NCBI GenBank assembly: GCA_910577655.1 | Contig: CAJTOW010000006.1 | Span: forward strand, 325 to 64,324 | Direction of reading: 5' to 3' | From: an uncultured Lachnospiraceae bacterium | Lineage (GTDB): Bacteria; Bacillota; Clostridia; Lachnospirales; Lachnospiraceae | Length of the DNA: 64,000 nucleotides | Part shown: piece by piece, positions 48,473 to 56,634 of the stretch | How positions within the stretch are numbered: the stretch's first letter is position 1 | Layout of the letters: each line of letters starts with the position of its first letter | Notes under the pieces: generated by a model | Database searches by the model: none | What the model was told of the DNA's origin: nothing | The model's input: the letters and a program-made list of their open reading frames with translations, nothing else | Position numbers and translations under genes: made by a program

Positions 48473-49534
48473 ATGAGCAGAATGAAAAAATGGAACGCGA
48501 TGATTCTGGCAGGTATGATGGCAGCGGCTATGGTCACCGGATGCGGTGGAAGCAGAAGCAGCAATACAACATCTACAGCAGCTTCTGCCGGGGATAAGGG
48601 AGAGGACGGGGCAAAGACAGAAGCTTTGAAGGAAGAACTGGTTTCTTCTGATAAGACAATGACCATTGGTCTGATCCCCCAGTCTACCTTGTTTGTTTTT
48701 TACGATTATGTGCAGAAGGGGGCCAATGACGCGGCTGCCGAGGCAGGGTACAGGATCAACTACCAGGGAACTACCACAGATACAGACGGAACCGGGCAGA
48801 GAAAGATCGTGGAGGATATGCTGGTGACGGGGATTGATGCGCTGGCGATCTCTGCTACCAATGCGGATGCAGTCAATGACCTGCTCAAATCCCTGGACAT
48901 ACCTGTAATTGCGTGGGACTGTGGACTTGACTCTTCTGTATGCACGACCAGCGTATCGGTGGATCATTATAAGGCAGCAGGTGCAGTGGCAGATTATGTG
49001 ATGGAGAAATGTCCGGACGGAGGAACCTTTGCGGTGATCTCAACCAACGCGGGAAATGCTGTGATCCAGCAGCGTGAGAAAGGATTTATGGACAAGCTTG
49101 GAGAGGCAGAGGGCTTCACATGCATAGGCCCCTTCTATACTGATGGAGATCTGGAGAAAACAGCCAACACCACCCAGGATCTTCTTATGGAAAATGCTGA
49201 TCTGAAGGGAATCTTTATGGTAAATGAGGGGACAACCGAAGGTGCCTGCCAGGTGCTGAAAAATGAAGGCAGGGATGATCTGGTCGTATTCGGATATGAT
49301 ACATCCGAGTCACTGGTCAATTATGTCTATGATGGCGTGCTGGACGGAATGGTTTCCCAGAATCCTTATGGTCTTGGTTATAATTCTGTGAAACAGGCAA
49401 TCGCAGCCATTGAAGGGCAGAGGGATTTTGAAGAATTTATTGAGAACGATTATGTTCTGGTGACCTCCGATAATATCCATGACCCAGATATCATCAAGAT
49501 CCTGGATCCCCTTGGAACCATGAATTTAAAGTAG
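48473..49534 (+). CDS. Sugar ABC substrate-binding lipoprotein (RbsB-like fold)
   Basis: VTGC lipobox; QREKGF, GYD and V.QNPY..GY motifs. Confidence 0.9.
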   Translation: MSRMKKWNAMILAGMMAAAMVTGCGGSRSSNTTSTAASAGDKGEDGAKTEALKEELVSSDKTMTIGLIPQSTLFVFYDYVQKGANDAAAEAGYRINYQGTTTDTDGTGQRKIVEDMLVTGIDALAISATNADAVNDLLKSLDIPVIAWDCGLDSSVCTTSVSVDHYKAAGAVADYVMEKCPDGGTFAVISTNAGNAVIQQREKGFMDKLGEAEGFTCIGPFYTDGDLEKTANTTQDLLMENADLKGIFMVNEGTTEGACQVLKNEGRDDLVVFGYDTSESLVNYVYDGVLDGMVSQNPYGLGYNSVKQAIAAIEGQRDFEEFIENDYVLVTSDNIHDPDIIKILDPLGTMNLK

Positions 49535-49597
49535 AACTGCAATGATCCGGGGATGATCCGGACTGTTGCATGGAATTACAGATGAGGCGGTGTAGTT

Positions 49598-50983
49598 ATG
49601 AAATATGAAAGTGTGATCATCAACGGGCTGCTGGTTCTGGAGGACCAGGTGGTCCGGAAAAATCTGGGAATCCGGAACGGAAAGATCGCGGCCATTCTGG
49701 AAGAGACAGAGGCCATAGAGCCGGAAACCGGGGCTGGGGAGGGCACTCCCCGGATCCTGGATGCACAGGGCTGCTATGTACTGCCGGGAGCCATTGATAC
49801 CCATACCCATGTGTTTGAGCCGGGAGCAGAGTACCGGGAGGACTTTGCCCATGGTACACGGGCGGCGGCAAGCGGCGGGTTTACCTGCATTATGGAAATG
49901 CCCAACAGCAATCCGGCTGTAGTGGATTCGGATACCTTTTTTCTGAAAAAAAGCCTTGCGGGAGCAGGAGCAGTGGTTGATTACGCGATCTGGGCAGGGG
50001 CTACGGCAGCAAATCTGGACCGGCTGCCAGAGCTTAAATCCCTGGGATGTGTGGCTTATAAGGCATTTACCCTGGATGCGGGGCCTGCCTTCCCTTATCT
50101 GAATGCAGAGCTGGAGATGGAGGCCATGAAGCGGATCGCGGGGACCGGGAGAGTGCTGGGATTTCACGCAGAGGATCCGGTCATTATCGGAGAACTGGCC
50201 AAAAAGTATTCCAGCCAGACCTGGAGCCTGAGACTGCATGAGGAAGCGAGACCGTATTATGCAGAATTATCCGCCATCAGTCAGATCCTGCTGTTTGCCG
50301 GGGAGACCGGATGTCCGGTACATATCTGCCATTTGTCGATTCCGGAAGGTGCCAGACTGATTGCCAGGGCGAAGCAGGAAGGGGTAGATGTTACAGTGGA
50401 GAGCTGTTCCCATTATTTCCTGCTGAATACAGAGAATAGTGAGCAGTTTGATACCTATGCTCTGATTCAGCCCCCTATACGGAGTCGGGGGCGGATGGAA
50501 GCTATGTGGGAATACCTGCAGGATGGAACAATTGATTATCTGGCTACGGATCACGCACCCTATCCGGCAGGGGATAAGGAACCGGAAGATGGAAATAAGT
50601 GGGGAGTCATGGGCGGCGCGCCGTCTATTGACGTGGCATTTCCGCTGATGTTCGGAGAGGCTGTAACAGAGCGTGGCATGAGCCCGGTCCGGTTCGCCAG
50701 ACTGAGTGCGACCAATGCCGCGAAACGGTTTGGCTTATATCCCCAAAAGGGCAGTATCCGTGTGGGGAGTGACGCGGACCTGGTGATTCTGGATCCGGAC
50801 CAGGTCTGGCAGGTGGACCGGAGCAAAAGCTATTCAAAAACAAAGAGTACCCGCTTTCCCTATCAGGGGCGCACAGTAAAAGGGAAAGTGATGACAACCA
50901 TGGTCAGGGGAACTGTGGTATATGACGGAGCGGATATCTGCGTGGACAGTGGCTTTGGGCAGTTTGTCCGGCCGGAAAAATGA
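49598..50983 (+). CDS. Allantoinase/dihydroorotase-type cyclic amidohydrolase
   Basis: DTHTH, GG.T...MPN, YKAF, HAED, HICH and TDHAP motifs. Confidence 0.88.
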   Translation: MKYESVIINGLLVLEDQVVRKNLGIRNGKIAAILEETEAIEPETGAGEGTPRILDAQGCYVLPGAIDTHTHVFEPGAEYREDFAHGTRAAASGGFTCIMEMPNSNPAVVDSDTFFLKKSLAGAGAVVDYAIWAGATAANLDRLPELKSLGCVAYKAFTLDAGPAFPYLNAELEMEAMKRIAGTGRVLGFHAEDPVIIGELAKKYSSQTWSLRLHEEARPYYAELSAISQILLFAGETGCPVHICHLSIPEGARLIARAKQEGVDVTVESCSHYFLLNTENSEQFDTYALIQPPIRSRGRMEAMWEYLQDGTIDYLATDHAPYPAGDKEPEDGNKWGVMGGAPSIDVAFPLMFGEAVTERGMSPVRFARLSATNAAKRFGLYPQKGSIRVGSDADLVILDPDQVWQVDRSKSYSKTKSTRFPYQGRTVKGKVMTTMVRGTVVYDGADICVDSGFGQFVRPEK

Positions 50984-50998
50984 AAGGTGGGATAGGGG

Positions 50999-52258
50999 AT
51001 GAGAATTAATGAAGACCGGTTATGGAACCGGGAGCAGGAGGTTGGCGGGTATGGCCAGGATCCCAGAGGCGGGATCAGCCGGTTCGCGTGGACGCCTGAG
51101 TACCGGGAGGCGGCACTTCTTCTGATGAAATGGATGGAGGAGGCCGGACTGAAGGTGCGGGTAGACGCAGTGGGAAATATCTATGGAAGATATGAAGGCC
51201 GGCAGGATCTGCCGCCGGTACTGACAGGTTCCCATTTTGATACGGTTCCCATGGGAGGCAGGTTTGATGGACTGGCAGGAATCATGGCTGCCCTGGAGGT
51301 TCTGACGACCATGCACGAAGAGGGATACCGCCCGGAGCGCCCCATTGAGATGATTGCATTTATCAATGAAGAAGCGAGCCAGTTTCTGGGAGGTCATTTC
51401 GGAAGCAAAGCAATCTGCGGAATGCTGCCTGCGGATTATGCTTCCACTTCTGTAGACCGGAATACCGGAAAAACCATGAAGGAAGCTATGCTGGAATATA
51501 ACATGGGACTGGACCCGGATCATATATCACGTGCTCAAATCCATGAAGGGGATTATTTCGCTTTTATCGAGCTTCACATTGAGCAGGGGAAATATCTGCT
51601 GGGAAAGGATCTTCCCATGGCGGTGGTAGATGATATTGCGGGAATCCGTCAGTTCTATATTACCTATCATGGGGAATCCGCGCATGCAGGCGGAATGGCC
51701 ATGGAGGACCGGCACGATGCTTTTGCGGCAGCGGCGGAAACAGCCTGTGAGGTGGAGCGGCTGGCACTTCATTCCGGTTCGCCTACCCGGGGAACCGTGG
51801 GATATATCCAGGTGGAACCCAATGAGCACAATATTGTTGCCAACCAGGTGAAATTCTCCGTGGATTTCCGCGAGGTGGAGGATGGTATCTGGGAGCGCCT
51901 CTATGAGGATCTGATTGCCTTTGTGGAAAAGCAGTGTCAACGGCGGGGACTTACCTATGAGGTAAACTCTACGATTTGCACACCGCCGTGCCACTGTCAT
52001 AAAGGACTGCGGGATCTGATTGAGGAGAGTGCCAGGGAGAGCCGGATTCCCTATATGCATATGGTAAGCTATCCGGCCCATGATGCCATGCAGATGGGCA
52101 GGCTGTATCCTATGGCTATGATTTTTTTGCGCAGTTCCAATGGGGGAGTCAGCCACTGTCCGGAGGAGTGGACCACAAAGGAGGATCTGGCAGCCGGGAC
52201 AGAGGTGCTTTACGGAACACTGCGGAAACTTTCTGACATGAACAGTCACGAATTATGA
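50999..52258 (+). CDS. Allantoate amidohydrolase / N-carbamoyl-amino acid hydrolase (M20)
   Basis: GSHFDTV..GGRFDG, NEE, ELHIEQG, HAG, HDA and SHCPEE motifs. Confidence 0.92.
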   Translation: MRINEDRLWNREQEVGGYGQDPRGGISRFAWTPEYREAALLLMKWMEEAGLKVRVDAVGNIYGRYEGRQDLPPVLTGSHFDTVPMGGRFDGLAGIMAALEVLTTMHEEGYRPERPIEMIAFINEEASQFLGGHFGSKAICGMLPADYASTSVDRNTGKTMKEAMLEYNMGLDPDHISRAQIHEGDYFAFIELHIEQGKYLLGKDLPMAVVDDIAGIRQFYITYHGESAHAGGMAMEDRHDAFAAAAETACEVERLALHSGSPTRGTVGYIQVEPNEHNIVANQVKFSVDFREVEDGIWERLYEDLIAFVEKQCQRRGLTYEVNSTICTPPCHCHKGLRDLIEESARESRIPYMHMVSYPAHDAMQMGRLYPMAMIFLRSSNGGVSHCPEEWTTKEDLAAGTEVLYGTLRKLSDMNSHEL

Positions 52259-52277
52259 CAGACAGGAGAGGAGATCA

Positions 52278-52664
52278 ATGAAGACAGAAAAGATTACAAC
52301 AAAAAAGGCACCAGAGCCGGGGGGATGGTATTCCCAGGCATTCCGGGTAGGTGATCTGGTGTATACAGCTGGCGTAACAGCCCACGATCCGGTCACACAG
52401 CAGCTGGCAGCTCCGGGGGATATGGCGCAGCAGACACGCCAGGTGCTTAGGAATCTGGAACAGATACTTCTGGAGGCGGGATCCGATCTGGAGCATGTGT
52501 TTAAAACACTGGTTTTCGTGGCGGATATTGACCAGTTTGATGTATTTAATGAAGCATATAAGGAATTTTTTCCGGAAAATCCACCGGCAAGAAGTACTAT
52601 GGAGATTGGGAAATTTAAGAATGGGATGATGATAGAGATTGAGGCGATTGCTACAGTGCGCTGA
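52278..52664 (+). CDS. RidA family imine/enamine deaminase
   Basis: YSQA, FN.AY..FF, PARST (catalytic Arg) and IEIEAIA motifs. Confidence 0.92.
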   Translation: MKTEKITTKKAPEPGGWYSQAFRVGDLVYTAGVTAHDPVTQQLAAPGDMAQQTRQVLRNLEQILLEAGSDLEHVFKTLVFVADIDQFDVFNEAYKEFFPENPPARSTMEIGKFKNGMMIEIEAIATVR

Positions 52665-52695
52665 TTTTTGTTTTCTATAATGGGTCTTTCCTTTC

Positions 52696-52726
52696 GTAAC
52701 AGTCCAGATACCCCCTGGACTGTTAC
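52696..52726. repeat. 31-bp palindromic repeat, family A
   Basis: GTAACAGTCCAG-N7-CTGGACTGTTAC (compensatory pair). Confidence 0.85.
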
Positions 52727-53198
52727 TGCATCTGGAGCGAATGCGCTCCCAAATGCAATATTTTGTCATTTATGTGCTGTTGTTCGCACCTGAAAAAGCG
52801 CATTAAAGGGTACCGTTTAATCACCGGTTTTGGTTATTGCGGTACCTTTTTTGCTTTATAGGAAATAGCGTTCTATAAAGTAAAAAGCCTTCCGGGCAGG
52901 ATCGCAACATGAAGTGGGCTTGTTCACTAAGCTCATTACATTCGCTATGTGAGCCAATGCATGCGGCGGAGAGGAGTTTATCGCTGAAGCGATCCGCCGC
53001 AGGCGCAGAATCCTGCGCAGCAGGATTCTATGTTCTGTCCGGATATAAAATGGCAGCTGAAGGGACACTGGCCAGTCTGTTTTCAGACATAAAAGAGGCG
53101 GCTGGAAAATGTGGTGATATCCAGCAGATCATCTGATACATTATGGACAAGGAGCCGTTTCCGGCAGCCTCTTTGTGAAATTCTGGATATAGGTCTGG

Positions 53199-54152
53199 TC
53201 AGCAGGTGTAACTTTGGAACTGCTCCACGGTCATTCCGGCATACTCGGCAGCCTTTGTGACCGTCATATCGCCAGACCGGACCAGTCTGGCCAGCAGGTT
53301 CATCTCTCCTTGTGCGCGACCTTCCTTTTGACCTTCCTTTCGGCCTTCCTTTCGGCCTTCCTTTCGGCCTTCCTTTCGGCCTTCCTCGAGTGCTTCCGCC
53401 CATGCCTCTGCCCGTGCCTCTGCCCGTTCTTCCTCCCGGATCATCTGCAGGGTCTCGGCTTCGTTATATTCTGTAATACACATATTTTTCACCTCCGCTC
53501 TGTGGCCAATCAGAAATAGCCTGATGGCATAAGTTTCAGGCATGTCATCAATTGCCTTGTCAACCGCCTGTTCAATATCCAGGTAATTCCGGTTCATGCG
53601 GATCTGTTCCACCAGCCATGCATACTCGGCCAGAGGCTGGCAGGCCTGGAGCAGTTCCCTGTTATGGCCGTAGTTGATGTTAATCATATGAACCTTTACC
53701 TGGATGTCCGGTTCTTTTGTTACCGCATCCGGGGCGAATGCGTCACTGAGATGCAGAATCCGGTCATCCTGCTGTTCGGCCCCATTGTAAAAGACTACCA
53801 GTCTGGGGGCGGGAAGGCGGACGACCCGTCTGCCGTAGATGTTCAGCTTGTTTTTATGGATGTATTTGTCATACAGCTTCCCGGCATACATGAGCTGGCG
53901 TACCGGCATGTTGGGGTTGAAGGTGCTCTGCTGCTCATAGATATTCATAACATGGAAAAGAATGAATGACAGGTCATTCTTCATACCCATGTAGACGGCA
54001 TCGTCTATGGTTGTAAACAGGATATCCTCCGGATCCGTGTAGCTGGTGCCGTTTATGGCATTGTAGAGGCTCAGGGTCCATTCCCTATTGGGCTCACTGC
54101 CGAAAAGAAAGCTGAACAGGCGGTCCTTGTGCTCCCGGTTGATGGTGGGCAT
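53199..54152 (-). CDS. Rpn/YhgA-like PD-(D/E)xK nuclease family protein
   Basis: KDRLF, MKNDLSF, YEQQST.NPNMP.R and VVFYNG motifs; EGRK repeats; TTGTAA-17-TATAAT promoter at 54234-54262. Confidence 0.82.
   Translation of the reverse strand: MPTINREHKDRLFSFLFGSEPNREWTLSLYNAINGTSYTDPEDILFTTIDDAVYMGMKNDLSFILFHVMNIYEQQSTFNPNMPVRQLMYAGKLYDKYIHKNKLNIYGRRVVRLPAPRLVVFYNGAEQQDDRILHLSDAFAPDAVTKEPDIQVKVHMININYGHNRELLQACQPLAEYAWLVEQIRMNRNYLDIEQAVDKAIDDMPETYAIRLFLIGHRAEVKNMCITEYNEAETLQMIREEERAEARAEAWAEALEEGRKEGRKEGRKEGRKEGQKEGRAQGEMNLLARLVRSGDMTVTKAAEYAGMTVEQFQSYTC
53316..53385 (-). repeat. 12-bp coding tandem repeat (EGRK)
   Basis: GAAGGCCGAAAG units read directly. Confidence 0.9.
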
Positions 54153-55086
54153 TCTGGTATCGTCCCCCTTTCTGTATGGCTGGCCGTCTGGTGCATGAAG
54201 GCACGACCGGCCAGTGTAATGTCTTATAAACAAATTATAGCATTTTGTGGGGAGGATTACAAGTGGACCGGCAAAACGGAATTCGAAATACACACTGGGC
54301 GTTACTGTTCACGGGGGAGTTGTTCCAGAGCTGGTATCTGCCGGCCGGGGGAAACAATTTGGCCATGGCAAGGACTGATGTTGCCGATTCATGTTATGTT
54401 GAGTATATTGGGGTGCATCTTGCGGAAAATCAGCCACAGAGACAGGTGCGTTGGGATTCCGGGAGTACACATTAAAGATAAGGTGGAAAAATCATGGAAA
54501 AAATTGATTTTATTGATGGAGCAGCAGCAGATTCCGTGCAGGTCTTTGGCGCCGGATATATCGGAAAGAAAGCGGTCTATGGACTGCGCAGGAACCAGAT
54601 CAAGGTAACCGCGGTTCTGGACAATAACAAAGCAGTGCAGGGTACTTGCCTATGGGAGGATGTTCCCTGCATAAGCCCGGAAAGCGCAGACAGGGATTGT
54701 CCGGTAATCCTCTGTTTTGAGAAAGAAAAGATCTTAAAAGCAGTGCAGGAGCAATGTCTTGCCCTTGGTTTCCAGAAGGTATATTCTATAAAATGCCGGG
54801 AGCTTCAGGACTATCTGGAAACATTGCCGGACCGGGACTATCTTGAGGTGATGCATTATTGTGTTCACGGAAAGAAGCTCAATCTGGAGAATCCGGTTAC
54901 TTTGAATGAAAAGCTTCAGTGGCTGAAGCTCCATGACCGTAATCCCTTGTATATCACGATTGCGGATAAGTTCCGTGTCAGGGACTATCTGAAGCGGGAG
55001 TTTGGTGAAGAATATGAATTGTACCCCTTGTCAAGGACATTTTTCTAATTAATAAATAGGGAACATCTGTTCGCAAAGTATTTTCT

Positions 55087-55224
55087 CTATAACACCTCAG
55101 CAATCTTATCCTCCAGGTCTTCTATTGCAGACAGAAATTCTTCGCGTATTTCCTCCAGCTGGGTGGAGAGGTCTTCCAGAAGATCTCTCATCTCCTCATA
55201 TTTCCTTTCCTTATACCTTATCAT
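55087..55224 (-). CDS. 45-aa acidic coiled-coil ORF carried within the IS
   Basis: AAGGAGG 9 nt before ATG 55224; MIRYKERKYEEMRDLLEDLSTQLEEIREEFLSAIEDLEDKIAEVL. Confidence 0.5.
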   Translation of the reverse strand: MIRYKERKYEEMRDLLEDLSTQLEEIREEFLSAIEDLEDKIAEVL

Positions 55225-56206
55225 CTTTGATTTCCTCCTTGCCCAGGTTGGTACACCCTTCCTTTCTTTCCGGCTCTTTTATGACTCCTCCCAGCGGATA
55301 ATCACCGGTCGTTATGTATTTATAATACTCATTTGGTGACAGCTTCGCCAACTGCCATTGATACCTCTCATTATTGTAATAATACATCCAGTCATCTATG
55401 ATCTCTTTCACTTCCCGGTATTTACTGCATTCACTAACATCAATTTCATCCTTCATATGTCCGAAGAAGCTTTCCTGCGGCGCGTTGTCCCAGCAGTTTC
55501 CTTTTCTTGACATCGACTGCCTCAGTTCTTTATCATTGACTAACTGAATAAAACTGGTACTTGTGTAATGGCATCCCTGATCCGAGTGGATCAACGTTTC
55601 TTTGGTCAGCCCGATCCCGTGTTCCTCCACCAGCTTCTTTACCGTTTCCAACACAAAATCCACTTCCAGGCTGTCACTCAGCACATAGGACAGTATCTGT
55701 TTCGTATACGCATCCAGTATCGTTGACAGGTATGCGAATTTCCCATTATAAGGTATATAAGTGATATCCGTCAGCAATACCTTTCTTGGCCCGTATTCCG
55801 TAAATTTCCGCTCCAGAAGGTTATCCGCCACATGATTCGTTTTCAGGGCCTTCGCCATCCTTCTGTAGGGGTTTGCTTTCCTTACAGGGCACACCAGGCC
55901 ATACTTGTCCATCAGCCGTCTTATCTTCTTTAAATTCATGATGACCGGTGGGTTCCAGTGAACCATACACATATAGATTCCCCGTGCGCCTTTACTGTAT
56001 CCACGCTGGTTATACGCCTTTAGGATCAGCCCAAACTCTTCCCTGTCCTTCTTTTCCCGCTCCTTACGCGTTCCTTCCGAATTCACCCATCTGTAATAGC
56101 CTGACCGGGAAACTCCCGCCACATCACACAGCATACTTACACTTAGCTGGTTGTCCTCCTCCTGCAGCGTTTTCTGGATTACTTCAAATTTCCAACCCGC
56201 ACTCAT
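55211..56206 (-). CDS. IS3 transposase OrfB (DDE)
   Basis: TDITY, HSDQGCHY, SRKGNCWDNA.QESFFG and YYNNER motifs. Confidence 0.95.
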   Translation of the reverse strand: MSAGWKFEVIQKTLQEEDNQLSVSMLCDVAGVSRSGYYRWVNSEGTRKEREKKDREEFGLILKAYNQRGYSKGARGIYMCMVHWNPPVIMNLKKIRRLMDKYGLVCPVRKANPYRRMAKALKTNHVADNLLERKFTEYGPRKVLLTDITYIPYNGKFAYLSTILDAYTKQILSYVLSDSLEVDFVLETVKKLVEEHGIGLTKETLIHSDQGCHYTSTSFIQLVNDKELRQSMSRKGNCWDNAPQESFFGHMKDEIDVSECSKYREVKEIIDDWMYYYNNERYQWQLAKLSPNEYYKYITTGDYPLGGVIKEPERKEGCTNLGKEEIKDDKV

Positions 56207-56634
56207 CAGGATTTCCTCGCTGCTGTATTTTCCGTCCTGACAATTTTTTTTAGAAATTCAACCTCCTGGCGCAGGTATTTCACTTCGTTCAGAATATTTT
56301 CCAGGGTTTCCTTTGAATGCTCCGTTACACCTTCCTGTATGGATAATCCATCTTTTTTTCGCCGTGTCCGGTTTTCACCCTGACGGAAACCGTTTCTGCT
56401 CCCTGCCTGGCGTTTCAGTCTCTGGACCATACTGTCTATCTGCTTCTGGCCAAACATCTCCAGATCATATCCCAGATCTTCCAGTATTTTTCTTGGCGCC
56501 ATTCCTGCCTCATAAGCCGTCCAGAACGTTTCTTTAAACTCAATCGTGAAATAGAGTTTGTTTTTTGTCACTTTAAACGTGTATGGATTCGCTTTCAGCA
56601 GTTTCATTTCCCTCGCCGTATATTCCTTCATCAC
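56206..56634 (-). CDS. IS3 transposase OrfA
   Basis: Ends LRQEVEFLKKI over an A8 slippery run; TGATG junction with orfB. Confidence 0.85.
   Translation of the reverse strand: MMKEYTAREMKLLKANPYTFKVTKNKLYFTIEFKETFWTAYEAGMAPRKILEDLGYDLEMFGQKQIDSMVQRLKRQAGSRNGFRQGENRTRRKKDGLSIQEGVTEHSKETLENILNEVKYLRQEVEFLKKIVRTENTAARKS

Noticed and set aside
804..52726. 31-bp palindromes as CRISPR repeats
   Set aside because: They are dispersed singly, not arrayed with spacers, and no cas genes are present.
53093..53175. Long inverted repeat downstream of Rpn gene 2 as an antitoxin sRNA
   Set aside because: Adequately explained as a terminator-type hairpin; no promoter or complementarity evidence.
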